DNA from: Antechinus flavipes
Lineage: Eukaryota
Direction of reading: 5' to 3'
NCBI RefSeq assembly: GCF_016432865.1
Contig: NC_067399.1
Span: 660,982,001 to 661,046,000, forward strand
Length of the DNA: 64,000 bases
Positions 1 through 13,244 of the stretch are shown here, one piece after another. The position numbers and the translations under genes were made by a program. Below the pieces are notes generated by a model that saw only the letters and a list, made by a program, of their open reading frames with translations, was not told where the DNA came from and ran no database searches. Each line of letters starts with the position of its first letter. The first letter of the stretch is position 1.

Positions 1-91
1 TATCCAGGACTCTTTTGAAAAACCCAAATTTCTTGATTCTACCAAATTCTGCTGACTACATATGCAAAGGAAAGTCAAGGGTTTAATGGTT

Positions 92-240
92 GGCAGGCCG
101 CAGCAGTGGACAGTGCACTAAATTTGAAATCAAATTATGTGAGTCAAGTGTGGCTGGAAAAGTCACTTAACCAAACCATGCCTCCATTTCCTTATCTACA
201 AAATGAAATCATTTGACTATGGGATCTCTCAGGTCATTTT
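92..240 (+). mobile_element. MIR/CORE-SINE relic (MIR3-like)
   Basis: tRNA-like head (gcagcagtggacagtgcacta), then CORE motif aagtcacttaacc...cctccatttccttatctacaaaatg. Confidence 0.6.
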
Positions 241-620
241 TGACTGGAGGTCTTTTGAAATATGTAGGTGAGAAAATAGTGTTCTACTCAGCAACTAGGT
301 ATGCACATGGAAAATGAGAAAGGATCATTAGTTTAATTTTTCTCATCATTCAGCCCTTCCAAAGCCAGAAATATAGTATCTCAATGCAAAAAGCATAATT
401 TTTAGGATGTTTGTACTTATTTGCTTTGTTTTGTTTCAGACAATACAATTCAGTTATTTTCTTCTACATGTTATCATCTGGGGGCAAAACCCTTATCATC
501 TCACCATAGTTATAGCTCTGCTATACACCAAGGCTTTCCAAGTTGATATATCTTGTTAGAGTTCATAATATACTGTCACAGTATTTAAAAGCTTAAGATC
601 TCATCTTTGATGGACCAGTG

Positions 621-641
621 GATGATGATGATGATGATGAT
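621..641. repeat. (GAT)n microsatellite
   Basis: Seven GAT units read directly. Confidence 0.9.
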
Positions 642-904
642 TGATTAATATCCATATAGTGCTGTAAAATATTCAAAGTTTTTGCATTATCTTATAAGAC
701 TCATGACAGCCTGTTGAGGTGAATAATAAAGAGGTCAAGTTTGATGAAAAAAAATTGGTTATAGACTAAAATAGTTCAATACAGCTACATCTAGAAAGGA
801 TTCAACTAACTGACCAGTTTGTTTCTCATATACAACACCTCATTTCCCATGTCCCATACCTTTGGTCTGGCTCTAGAATGTGAGTAAAAAAAAACTCCTC
901 ATCA

Positions 905-1270
905 GAAGTGGATCTCTTTGATAAAGAGAGCCTTAATTGATCAAAGATGGACAGAAGCAGCTACACCCAGAGAAAGAACACTGGAAAATGAATATAAACT
1001 GCTTGCATTTTTGTTTTTCTTCCCGGGTTCTTTATACCTTCTGAATCCAATTCTCCCTGTGCAACAAGAAAACTGTTTGGTTCTGCACACATATATTGTA
1101 TCTAGGATATACTGCAACCCATTCAACATGTAAAGGACTGCTTGCCATCTGGGGGAAGGGGTGGAGGGAGGGAGGGGAAAAATCGGAACAGAAGTGAATG
1201 CAAGGGATAATGCTGTAAAAAATCACCCTGGCATGCGTTCTATCAATAAAAAGTTATTAAAAAAAAAAAA
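905..1270 (+). mobile_element. 5'-truncated young marsupial L1, 3'UTR only (subtype A)
   Basis: Closely similar to the 3'UTRs at 26955-27341, 24310-24700 and 55955-56349. Has a G-rich tract, AATAAA and a poly(A) tail. 19-bp TSD AAAAAAAAACTCCTCATCA at 886-904 and 1262-1280. Confidence 0.95.
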
Positions 1271-1852
1271 CTCCTCATCACACTTATAATTCTGTCAACT
1301 CAAGTTCTACCTTCTCAAAAGGCTATTCCAAGTCCTCCCATCTAAAAATTACCTACCATCTACTCTTCCATCTACCAGTATTAATACACACCTTATTTTT
1401 ATGTTATCTCCCATATTGAATGTAAATTCCTTGAATGCAATTTTGTTTTTCATATTTCCTCAACATTCAGAATCAAATCTGGAATATGTAAATATGTAAA
1501 TGTTTAAGAAATGATCAATTAATTGAAATAATGTTTTAGTATACATTGACTTAAGTTCTTGGCATAAATTCTGAATTGACAGGCTTAAAATTACTTTGGA
1601 CTTAGCAAGTGGCACATTGAAATTTTGTATCCTTGAATCATCCATCCTCTTACAGTCAATTTAGTGATGTCTCCAAGAAATTACCTAGGTGAATTCTCAG
1701 ATAACAGGCAAACCTCTGTCCCTTTAGAGTTATATCAAGCAATTATGGTGCCCTGGGCAAGCTGCAAGGTAATTAAAGTAATGGCTACCTCAGGTGAAAT
1801 TTTTTATAATATTTTTTTCAAATTACATGTAAAAAGATTTTCAGCATTCACT

Positions 1853-2836
1853 GTTTTACTTTATTAAAGTTGTTTATTTTCAAAACACATGCATGGATAA
1901 TTTTTCAACATTGATCTTGGCAAAACTGTGTTCCAAATTTCTTTCCTTCCCCATCCCCTTCCCTAGATGGCAAGTAATCCAATGTATATTAAACATGTGC
2001 AATTCTTCTATACATATTTCTATAATTATCTTGCTGCACAAGAAAAATCAGATCAAAAAAAGGGAAAAAATGGGAAAGAAAAATGCAAGCAAACAACAAA
2101 AAGAGTGAAAATGCTCTATTTTGATCTACACTTGGTTTCCATAGTCCCCTCTCCGAGTAGATGTATCTCTTCATCACAAGATCACTGGAACTGGTCTGGA
2201 TCATCTCATTGTTGAAAAGAGCCACATCTATCAGAATTGATCTTTGTATAATCTTGTCGCCATGTACAAGGATCTGATTCTGCTCATTTCACTGAGCATC
2301 AGTTCATGTAAATCTTTGGATTTTCTTGAAATCCACCAGCTCATCATTTCTTACTGCAGATTAGTATTCTATAGCACTAATATATCACAATTTGTTCAGC
2401 CATTCCCCAAATGAATTCCCTCAGATTCCCATTCTTTGACACCACATAAAGAGCTGCTATAAATACTTTTGTACAGATAGGTCTTTTTTTCCTTTTTTAC
2501 AACCTTTTTGAGATAACAGTAGTATTGCTGGATGATGGGTATGCAGTTTGATTGCACTTTGGCCATAATTTCAAATTACTCTCCAAATCGGTTGGATCAG
2601 TTTACAATTCCACCAGTAATGTATCCCAGTTTTTTCACATCTTCTCCAGCATTCATCATTTTCCTTTTCTTTCATAGTTGTGATAGTATGATCAATGAAT
2701 GTGAGGTATTATCTTGGAGCCATTATAATGTGCATTTCTCTTAACAATAATGATTTAGAGCCTTTTTCATATGACTACAGATAATAACAGATAATTTTTT
2801 TATAATCTAAAAATTGCCGATTCATAGTCTTTTATG
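1853..2836 (-). mobile_element. Older marsupial L1 3' end (ORF2 C-terminal region plus 3'UTR)
   Basis: Reverse-strand match to an L1 3' end (tttattaaag...ttcaaaacacatgcatggataatttttcaacattga; ctcatttcactgagcatcagttcatgtaa). No clear TSD. Confidence 0.85.
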
Positions 2837-4519
2837 AAGTCAACTTTTTAATGAAATAAAGGAGAGATTTTAGACCTTAAGACACAAGGTTCTCTTGGAG
2901 GGGAAAACCCTATAGTGGGGAAAAAGGAACCACAGACACTAGTCTTCTCAAAGAAGACTCTACAGAATATTCACAAAGTCCATTCTAGGAAAACTGTAAT
3001 GAAAGGAAGAACCAGGAATCATCCACCTAAAATATGGTCACAAAGGGAAAGCAAATAGATCATCTACTACCTTTTTATTTTATCTAAATATTAAGTAGCT
3101 ACTAAGCTCAGATATATCTACCTGAAAAACTTCAAGTAAGGCTAGTGCCCTTGAAAGTTTGTGAATCAGAAGAAAGAGCTTTGCTACCTCCTACAAGTTA
3201 TGGCTCTGTCAAACTCTAAGGTTTTCCTGATTGGTAGGGACTATTAAAGTTTATATTTCATTAACTCTACATTCAAAAATCCCAGACCACATCCCTGACC
3301 CAATGAAAATCCATTAGGTGCCTTTAATTGTAAGAGTCAATGAAAATCTCCAAAAAAACCTTCAAAAGAATGAAAAGCTGTACTCAGCAAAATATTAAAA
3401 GAAATTATTCCAACTGCTTTGTCCTTTGTTCTAGCGCCATAAAACAATAACCAATGGTCTTTTCAGCTAAATTAACTTCCCTGTAGGGTAAGGAGTGCTT
3501 ACAAAAGAAAAACATCATTTCATATTTCTGGAATTTGAAAAATACCTTACACACACAAACTAACATTGAAAAATCATTTGAGGGAATTGTCTCAGATCCT
3601 AAAGAGGCAAATCAATAAGATAAAGAGAGCACTTGGGTTGTAGAGTATATAATAGGATGAAAACCTAGAAAGCTGATGAAAATCAATACCTGTTCATCTC
3701 TGGAATAGCTTATGCGATCAGTGCCCCTCTCGCTCACTGCCAAGAAAAATGTTTTCCCAAATGTCTATCAGTGCAGAGGAAATATACAAAGGAACAGAGC
3801 TGTAATGAGTGGCAAGTCACTTTGCACGAAGAGTTCTCATACACTCAGCTTTGAAACTGGAGTTTCTCACTACTCTGAGGCAAAAGTCATTGATGAACAG
3901 TGTTATCTCAAGGTGTGTTCTCATTACTATAGTTACGTGTCAATTGTGATCAGTTCTCCCAATGAGATCAGGAAACTTTGTGAGAAAATTCTGGGGATGA
4001 CAGAAAATTATGGAGGCACTAGAAATTAAAGTTGCCTTTTACCTCAAAGACCCATGATGCCATGGATATTGAGTTTCATTTATTTGAGGCATGTGGAAAT
4101 AAATCCCTGACCATATCATATCTTGGGGAGTTGTCATGACTGGGAAAAAGGAAGAAAAAAAGAAAATATATATCCCTGGAAGCCAAACTTCTGGCTATGC
4201 CATTCTTTTCACTAAACTAGGCTGTTCCTCTTAAGGAATGCATAGTTTTTTCAAGCCTTTTTGTCTTGCCATTGCATTCACTACATTGTCATAGGATCTG
4301 TTGTGGAAACAAGCAGAAACGGATGGGAATTGCACCTCTGATACTTGGATCATAGATTTAAAAATGGAAGGGTTTCAAATGGAATCTATTCTGACCAACT
4401 CATGTTAAAAATGAGAAATATTGTAAGGAATTCTAATTCATGAGTCCAGGACCACAGAAGTAGTCAAAATCAAGATTTTATTGATGCCCTTTGATTTAAA
4501 AAAAAAAAAAAAAACTATG

Positions 4520-5200
4520 AAGTGTAATTTTTGTGAGGATATCAAAGACCACTATTTCCATTCAAGTCTCTCTAGATATCTAAAATATCTAGCTTATTTA
4601 AAATTATATTCACTTCATTTTCATTTATTTTATTAGGTTTATTTAGTTCCAGAGAAAAAGATTAGTTTCCCAAAATTATAATCCCACTATCCATCTCCAA
4701 ATGTAGTTCATTTAACTTATGTTTGAAAAATTTAGATATTATAGTATTTTATGCATTGCTTCATTTTCTATGGTACCTTTTATCAAAATGTAGTTACTCT
4801 CTTTATCTCTTTCAATTAAATCTCTTTTAGCCATTTAATCCACATTTTTAAACTCCCTTAGGAAGTCTTTCTAAGTTGAATTTTCATTAAACTTATTTTA
4901 ACCTGATCTGTATCTTTGGGTAATGTGATAATGCTGTATATAATATCCCACCATTCTCCTTCACAAAACTGTATAATTGAGCTTATATCCAAAATCTTTA
5001 TCTTGGTACATGGAAAATAAGAAAAATTTTCTTGACTAATATACTTATTAGCCTTTTTTGATCTCCAATGTCAAGTGTCTTATATTAGCTAGCTATTTTT
5101 CTGCATGTGTTAATGTATATAGGGATCAAGACAGATAGACGAACAGATAAATAAAAAAGTTACTTATCTGCATATGTACATATAGAAAATAAAAAAATTG
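4520..5200 (-). mobile_element. Highly decayed L1 fragment (probably the ORF2 endonuclease region)
   Basis: T-rich strand with antisense L1-like phrases (tttatctctttcaattaaatct...gccatttaatccacatt). Confidence 0.4.
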
Positions 5201-5201
5201 C

Positions 5202-5225
<24 letters not shown>
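5202..5225. repeat. (TA)n microsatellite
   Basis: Read directly. Confidence 0.9.
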
Positions 5226-5234
<9 letters not shown>

Positions 5235-5264
5235 CATTCATTCTTTCTCATCTAGAGATTGCAG

Positions 5265-5400
5265 GGAATTTGAGAGTTGAGAGGGACCTTGGAGCTCATC
5301 CAGGTCAATTGTCTCTCTCTGAAAATGAGAAAACGGAAACTTAGCATAAAGGATTTTGTGAGTTCAGATCACATAGTGAGGTAGTGACAAGCTAAGCCTG
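5265..5400 (-). mobile_element. MIR3-like SINE relic
   Basis: gagggaccttggagctcatccagg...gaaaatgagaaaacggaaac...gatcacatagtgaggtagtgac matches the antisense MIR3 pattern. Confidence 0.6.
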
Positions 5401-6494
5401 CATGCAAATATCTTTCATCTGTCCTCTGCCATCTGTTCTATTATGACATACATGGGGTTAAATTGGCTGAGAAGTGAAGTTATTGGAGTGGGCCTGAGCA
5501 AGAATCAACTGCAATTGATATGAAATTTGATAACACTCCTACTGCCTGAAGTGAGATTTTTAAAAATGCCTTCTCCAATCCTGGCTTGACCAGGAATTTG
5601 GTGGAATTCCATAGATTAATTACTGGTAATTACTGGTCTTCTGGAACATGTTATTCTGGTAAAAGGAGATTTGAAATGGAGGAATTTGGAAGTGAAACAA
5701 AAACCTTGGAGAAAGCAAACTTCAAAGAATGAATGGATAAATGAATGAAGAATGAAAAACAGCTTTTATTGAGTCCTTCCTGTGTTGCAAAGACAGTCCC
5801 TATCCTAAAAGTATTTTCTAGTGAGGAGAAAAAAGAGAAAACAGGAAAGTGGCGATTTGAAAGAGAAGGAAGGTAAAGTTACTAGGATGATGGGAGGTAA
5901 AAACAAAAGTAGGTTGACAAATATCATCATGAACAATAAAAGAATGAACTTGATCATAATTCATCATTCCTAAATTGAAAGAAAGAATAAAGTAAAGTAA
6001 AAATAATGGTCCAGGAGAGAGAGTCGCCAATCAAAAGATAAGGGGGGAAGAAAGGCATGTCCAGGGCAAAAGTTTCTCTAGATAATAATGTCTCACTGGT
6101 TTGAAGGGAAGGGAGAAGAGTGGAGATGCATACATAGACATACAAAACTATGGACATATAAGCATATTATATAAAAAGTCATCAGTTTTTACTAATCTTT
6201 CCTACTATGATATTCTTAATTTTTATTTTCTCTCAGAGATCCCCATAGCCATCAAGCACTTACAAGTATTCTTTTTATATTTATAATTAATTACATTATA
6301 ATTATATAATATAGTATAATTATAATTTATAATAGGAGTCAAGAGAAACATGGATTCAAATTCTCTCCTGAGATATAAATACCAAAACACTTCTCCTGCT
6401 ACATTCTAATCCAGATAGATAGATAAATATACATAGAGAGAAAGAGATATACATATATGTATATGTGTGTATGTTTGTAAAATCTTCCATCATT

Positions 6495-6840
6495 AAAATG
6501 TAAATTTCTTGAGAACAGGGACTGTATGATTTATTTTCATTATTAATGCCCTTGGCATTTAGCATAATATTTAATACATAGGTTTAAACAAGTTGCAGTC
6601 ATTCATCCTTTAATTAATACATTCACTCATTTATTCATTTATTCTGCCATTCCTATTTATTACATATTTAGCCATGGACAAATCACTTCAAAAAGAGTTT
6701 GACTTTCACTTTCCTCTGTTTCAAAGTAGTATTTCTATCTCCGATATCTACCTCATTGAGTTTTGTGAGGATTAAAAGAAATGATGTGCATAAAATGCTT
6801 TATAAAGCTTAAAATACTAGGCAGAAGTCATCTATTATTT
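6495..6840 (+). mobile_element. L2 3' tail (about 6495-6600) followed by a MIR relic (about 6665-6840)
   Basis: tgtaaatttcttgagaacagggactgt (L2 tail). ggacaaatcacttc...gagttttgtgaggattaaaagaaatgatgtgcataaaatgcttt (MIR). Confidence 0.6.
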
Positions 6841-8278
6841 TGTTATTTTCTTATTATTTCACACCATAAGTCAGTTTAACACCACCATACTTAGGCCCTT
6901 TTGTCTGACTAGCATTTTCTTAGCTCAGTGTCTCAGAAAAAAGGTCTAGATTTCAATATTTTTAAAGGTCTTCCTTCTCACTTCATTCCTCCTAACACTT
7001 CTGACTGAATCTCTCACCCTTTCTTCCCCACTTCTGTTAATTTTAATGGTAATAATGAGTGAAAGAGGCTGAGCAAAAATTGCCGGTTAGGGACAAAACA
7101 CCTTTCAAGTTCAATACTAGTTTCTAATAATGGTAGCTCCCAGTCTTAGGAACAAATGTCAGCTTGAAAGACTCTTATTCAAAGGCACTATGCTAACTGT
7201 GTTCAGGGAGGGGGATTGCTTCCCACCCCATGCTTTGTGGATACTGAGTCAGGTCCATCCACTTTGATAATGACATGTATTTGATTTCACACCTGGTGAG
7301 AATTCATCTTGAACAATAAAAATTTTATTACATAGATTTCAGAGGGGACAGTGAAGTGTGCTTTAAAGGCACAAATAGCATCAGTTCTCACAGCCAGAGG
7401 TGACAAATGGACAGGGCAATGCACAGGAAATCTTGCTCAAAAGTTTCTTTTCCTTTGAAAATTTTACTAAAGGAGAAATTCCATGGAACTTTTTTTAAGT
7501 TTTTTAAGGGCATGGACTGTACACAGTCAGTGCTTATTAAAAGCTTGATTGAATGAATGAAAATTGGCATTTTCTGGATACTTAATTACCATTCAAACTC
7601 AATTTGCACAGGGCCATAAAGGAGTATTTCCTGCATTTCCTGTGTCTTCAAGCCTTTCTTGAGACCCTCAGCCAGATAACTGGCTCTTTCTCACTTCTAA
7701 AAAAGGTGAAGCCTAAAATTATAGTCAGGAAAAAATAGGCTCAGATCTCAGCTACTTAACAAATTCAAATCCAGCAGTCATTCTTTAAACATCTATTTTG
7801 TACAAAGCTTAATGAGTATGATGAGGTAATTTTTTTTTCTCTCATAGACCTCTGAAGCAGGATTTCTAAGAGTAAGAAATATTCTTTCCCCACTTCTATT
7901 TTCATTCTCTGGACATCATTATCACTCAGCAACTTCACTTTTTTTTTTTTAATTTGGAAGTATCTAAATTTTCTACCAGTTCTGAATTGTGGTAGCTGTT
8001 GTGTCTGTGTCTGTGTCTCTGTCTCTGTCTCTCTCTGTCTCTGTCTCTGAATTTAGCATCTGTCTCACTATCTCCCTCTTCTACTCAATTCCTGACTCCA
8101 GACTAAGGGACTTTAATATCTTATAAATACTCCCTCATACTCTAAAATGCCAGTTCTTCAGCCTCCTTAAAAACTTCCAAACTGTTCCTCCACTTTGATT
8201 CAGTCACACAGAGTATGCTCATATGCTGGACAACTCCATTATACTCAAGTATCATTTCCCCAATTAGAAATAATTACA

Positions 8279-8438
8279 CTACAAAACATATCAAATTGCT
8301 TAACATCTAAAGTAGGGGTAGGGGAAAGGAAGGAAAAATTTGGAACACTAGGCTATGCAAGGGTCAATGTTGAAAAATTATCCATGCAGATGTCTTGAAA
8401 ATAAAAACTTTAATAAAAAAATGTTCAATAGAAAAAAT
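8279..8438 (+). mobile_element. Extremely 5'-truncated L1 3' end
   Basis: L1 3'UTR terminus (ggaaaaatttggaacac...gtcaatgttgaaaaattatccatgc...aataaaaac) plus an A-rich tail. 11-bp TSD AAATAATTACA at 8268-8278 and 8439-8449. Confidence 0.85.
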
Positions 8439-9834
8439 AAATAATTACATTGCCCAATCTGACCATAACTTTCTGCCATCAGTTTATCTTTCATTATACC
8501 TTATCCCTCTTAAACTTATCCTTTGCCCTCAGCAAGACCCCATGTTATCATTAAATTGTTCTTTTTTGTGAAGAAAAAAAAACATTCAAACAATCTAAAT
8601 TATACCACATTGGGAATAGACATGCAGCAGGAATCTTTAAAGTGATTCAAGATTGTTGTTGGCAAACAAGCCAAAAAGAGATTTTCAAAGTTCCTTTGGT
8701 TCTGGGGTCCTGGAACTGCTATAAAGTATTTGTCTGTCTGTTATACTTGACAATTTTTATGTAGCCCCAAAATTGAAAATGTGAACGGACTAAATCCCTC
8801 CCATAAAGCTAAAGCCTTGTAATACCTAACCATCACAAAGCTAATTGTCAGCAAGTTGCGAAGCAGCAAGTGACTTTGTTGCATCCCTGGTGCCCGTTAT
8901 CTCTCATCTCTAGCCCCTTCTATGCTTCATTCATAATATTGTATGAGTCCAGGACATCAGCACTGAAGATAATCAAAAAGCATCTCGATACTACCAGACC
9001 CAGTAGAAACACTATCCATTGAGATTCTAGTTTCATATCCCAATGGAAACATACACAATTTAAAAATGGTTGAAAGGAAAAAAAAATGTAGTGATCAAAT
9101 TGTCCAGCCAATAATTTTGGGTCAAGGAAGTCTATGATCAGGTTATTAAAGGATTATTCAAAATATACATGCTCTAAATGCTACAAAACTGGGACCACTG
9201 CTTTAGTGATGCCATCTGCCATAGCATCTATAACCTCAGGCATGAACTTTATACTGAAGATTTAGTATATAATACTTGCCCCACCTCCCGTTGTCACCTT
9301 TCAAAAGAAGAACTATTTGCAATTTTATATATTTATTTAATCTGCCAAGATATCAAATTTTATGATCCTTTTTGAGCCTTTATAGAGGTAGGTTTATACC
9401 ACAATGTTATATATAAAGGTTTTTTAAAAAGAAATTCTTTCTCTTTATGAAGGTTTTGTTCAGTACACATAAATATATAGATATTATTGACAGCATCATG
9501 TCTAAGAAGATTCATAGTTTAAGAACATAGTAATATGTCTGAAAGAAATTATACTTCCTAAACATTTTAGGCAATATATTGCTTCTCTAACTTTTAATAA
9601 AAGTTCTGTTAATTATGTTACTTTAAAATGGTACACAATTGAGGTCTTCTTAAGAAACTGTGATCACTACGGTTTATCGCAGCAAAAATAAAAAGTCTCT
9701 GGGTCTTAGTTTCTCATCTTTAAAATGAAGATATTAGATTAAGTAGCCTTTGAAAGAGTCTTTTCATTTTTATCATGTGACTTATCCCCATGGCTTCTAT
9801 TTAAGTATTGTGCACTCTTTAAAGCAGCCAGCAT

Positions 9835-10033
9835 TCAAATCATCCAACATCCAGGGCCATCTCCAATCATTGTGATCTCTTAACTGGTCACTGAACCCAG
9901 ATATCTCTGAAGGAGAGAGGGAGGCAGGTGACTTTGCCCAGCCCTCCATCACTTAAATCCAATTCACTTGTATGCCATGGTGTCACCTCCCTAATGCCAT
10001 GGTCCTCTTCAAGAACGAGAGAGAAATAACAAT
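9835..10033 (+). mobile_element. Marsupial RTE-related SINE (WALLSI/MdoRep-type; exact name uncertain)
   Basis: Homologous to the copies at 20160, 32067 and 63311 (cacttaaatccaattcacttg...atggtcctcttcaagaacga). Orientation inferred from the (CAA)-like tail. Confidence 0.75.
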
Positions 10034-10039
10034 ATTCCA

Positions 10040-10545
10040 TTTTTTAAAGTCTGCTTTATGTCAAGATCAATGCTAGGCACTAGGGTTACCCCCCAAAAAA
10101 GTCCTTGACATCTAGGAACTTATATTTTTCAGTAGTAGAACAGCTTAAGCAAAAAAAGGCAAATATGTAATATGTACAATATCATTTTTCAGGGTAGGGC
10201 AATAGTAATTGTGGGAATCAGAATATGTGTCATGTCAGAGCTCAGATTTCAACTAAGGTAAAAAGGAGAAAAAGATATATTCATGGAGATGAAAAATAGA
10301 ATATTATATATGAAGAAGAACAAGCAAACCAAGTGGTTGGTCCATAAAGTACATAAAAAGGGGTATGTAAAATCAATTGGCAGAGAGAGACTGGATTCAG
10401 ATTTTGAAGGGCTTCAAATGGCAAACAGAAGAGTTCATATTTTATCTTAGAGACAATAGGGCCACTGAAGCTTTGTGAGCAGCAGAGATCATTGGTCAGA
10501 CCTGTACTTTAGGAATACCAATTTGGCAGTTGAGTAGAAGGACCT
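10040..10545 (-). mobile_element. L2 fragment
   Basis: Antisense L2 motifs: tgctaggcactaggg...; gaagggcttcaaatggcaaacagaagagttcatattt...ggccactgaagc. Confidence 0.7.
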
Positions 10546-10639
10546 CTTCCTTCTATTTACCTAACATATGACCTCTGTTTTCCCCACTATAATGTTATGA
10601 CTATAAATAAGTAAGATGACATAGGAGATAAGAATGAGA

Positions 10640-11015
10640 AAATTCAAAGTCCAGAAGGATAGTTTGGGGGAAAACATGGGATATAGTGAAATGCATCTGC
10701 TTCTATCAAAATTTGGGTTTTAAAGTCTCTCTTAATGCAAACAACTAGACAATTTTTAATAACTTAAAAATCCCAATCAAGGCAAAGATCAACCAGCATT
10801 TCAGAGTACTGATGATGAAGGAGGGTCCCCACTTCATAACAGAAAGGAGATAAACTCTGGATATAAAATGAGATATACAGGTTGGGAATGTCCTGTAAGG
10901 GTATTCATTTTGCGTAAGTACACATATTTATTACAAAATTTTTGTTTTGCTGAGGGAAAAGAAAAGGAAAAGAAATTCTTATTTGAAAAAATAAAATTTC
11001 ATTTTAAAAAGAAAA
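10640..11015 (+). mobile_element. Old marsupial L1/HAL1 3'UTR fragment
   Basis: aaaatgagatatacagg...cattttgcgtaagtacacatatttattacaaaattttgttttg...aataaaatttc resembles a marsupial L1 3'UTR end. Confidence 0.5.
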
Positions 11016-12869
11016 TATCTGAATTATTATCTTTATGATTTAGTCTTTGATAGTCAAATAGAAAGAATATTATCTACAATACAGAATATAGGAAGGAAAG
11101 AACAAAAGGTAAAGGTCAGTCCCACTTATAGCTCTCCAGAAGTGCAAATGTGACTCATATCTTTCCCAGGCACTTCCTAAAGTAAATTCATGACCTCATG
11201 GCAAGCTAGCTAGAAACTACTTAGACTTCTTTGCTATTTGAAAAGTGGCAGGACCAAAAAAACATTTGATTTATTATTCAATATCTAATGATAGGGCCTT
11301 AACTCAATTAAGTCAACAGGGCCAGGTCAAAATAATTTGTCACCTAAACAATTTCACTGTTAAGTTCATCCCCATTGATGAAGTTAGATGTTAGATCCAA
11401 AGACTACCCTGCTTGGCCCGATCTCATTCCATTATAAATCATCATCCTTGGCAATGAAAAGAGAAGAAAAAGAATTGAGCAGCTCTATCATCTGCCAGTT
11501 ATCCTTTGTCTCATCTACTCCCAAATAGTACTCCTGTTTAGTTCATTATGAGGAATTTAAGTGATAAGTATCACATACTGAATACATAAATGAATAAGTG
11601 ATACTAGTATCCATCAGATCATAACATCAGAGAATTTGGAGCTGAAAGGAATAACAATGAATCATGTTTCTATCCTGCTTCAAGATTTACAAAGACTTTC
11701 TTAACATCCCCAAAAGGTAGGTTGTACAAGTGCTAGTAGCATGGACATTTTACAGAAGTGAGGCTCAACAAAATTTAGTAGTTTGTCTGCAACAAGTTGC
11801 AGGGACTAGAACTTTCTACTAACCATGAGTTCAATCTTTATATTTTTCTGAAAGGGAAACAGAGACCCAGAAGCATAATATACCTTCCTAAGCTCATATA
11901 GGTAGTAGTATGAATTTGAGCTGCATTAGAAATCAGGCCCACTGATTCCTATAATTTGTGCTTTTTGTTTTTATAGATTTTGTTCTTATCCTAATATAGT
12001 AAAGGATTTTTTATATTCTTCTTGTATAAATTTAATTTCTTGAAGATTTTCCTTCTAAACAGTAATTTAACAAAATAGAAAATTTCACTAAGTACTAAAT
12101 AAAATCTAAAATGGTAAAATCTTTATTGATTGAAATTTTCAGTGAAGGGTGTTATTAGCAAAAGAGAGAAAGTTTAAAATTTTATAAAATACATGGGTTT
12201 CTTGTCTTATGAATATCCTAAGTAAATTTACAAATATAATTAAAGAATACTGTTTTTGTTTTGTTTTTTACTTTCTATTTTCCTTTCTTCACTAATCTAA
12301 ACTAAAAATATATTTGTGGAGAAAAATAGATAAGAGCACAACTTTTGACTATATCACATTCATAAGTTAGACTTCTGGAAAAGAAACTTCTGAATAAAAT
12401 AAGGAGGAGAAAGTGTATGAAGAAAGAGTTCAAATATTATTCTGGACACAAAACTCACTGGTTTATTATTCTGCAATTCTTAGAGTTTATAGCTCAAGAA
12501 AAAAAAAAAAGGAAGAAAAGAGGAAAGCATTCAGCTAATATACAAATCCAGTAACCACAGGGGAAAGGTGAATTAAATGTACTATCATTGAGGCAAACCT
12601 GAAGCTCCAGCTAGATGGAATGGGTAGTATTTACCAGATTAGCAATCCATCAAAGCCTTTGGTACAATGTCTCAAGGCATGGGTGAAAGTTTCAAAGGAG
12701 AAGATTCAAGTTTGCTTTACACTAGAAATTCTTGAGGACAAGAATTATTTCCCTTGCTAACTTTGATTCTCAGTATGTAGCACAGAATCTTAAACAGAAG
12801 AGGGACTTTTGATAAATGTTTGTTAGGTTTGATTGAATATAAGAGAAATTTCTATGAACTAACCAAGTG

Positions 12870-13030
12870 AAATTGGCTTCCTCTGGAAGAAGTTGGTCTC
12901 AATGGAGGTTTCCAACCAGAAGCTAGATGAACACTTGCCAGTCTATAGAGGACTTGATTATACTTGATTATATGTTGAACTCAATGGCCTCTAACATCTC
13001 TTCCAACTCCGACAATCTATGATTCTATAG
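12870..13030 (+). mobile_element. L3/CR1 3' tail
   Basis: gcttcctctggaagaagttgg...ggaggtttccaaccagaagctagatgaacacttg...tctcttccaactccgacaatctatgattcta. Confidence 0.65.
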
Positions 13031-13244
13031 TTTCAGCACACCAGTGGGATTCAGAAACATAAGTGTGAGGAAAATAAATTTAATCCTGAAAATGAATTTC
13101 TAATACACAAAATACCTCAGCTCTTTTTTTTTAGGTGATAAACATTCAAACTCTAGAGACAGACCAAATATCAATCATATAATAAAGACTACAACTAAAG
13201 AACAACCAAGAAAATCTTCAGATGTCATTTTTGAAACTTATTTT

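Noticed and set aside
440-560. Strong acceptor tttgctttgttttgtttcag at 438-439 (similar ones at 19221, 27428, 36832 and 48942)
   Set aside because: No convincing paired donor with an open frame, or no recognisable peptide. Such acceptors are common by chance in T-rich DNA.
918-1226. ORFs of 62-71 aa (similar ones at 24414-24608 and 56003-56329)
   Set aside because: These are translations of the L1 3'UTR. Their similarity to each other reflects repeat homology.
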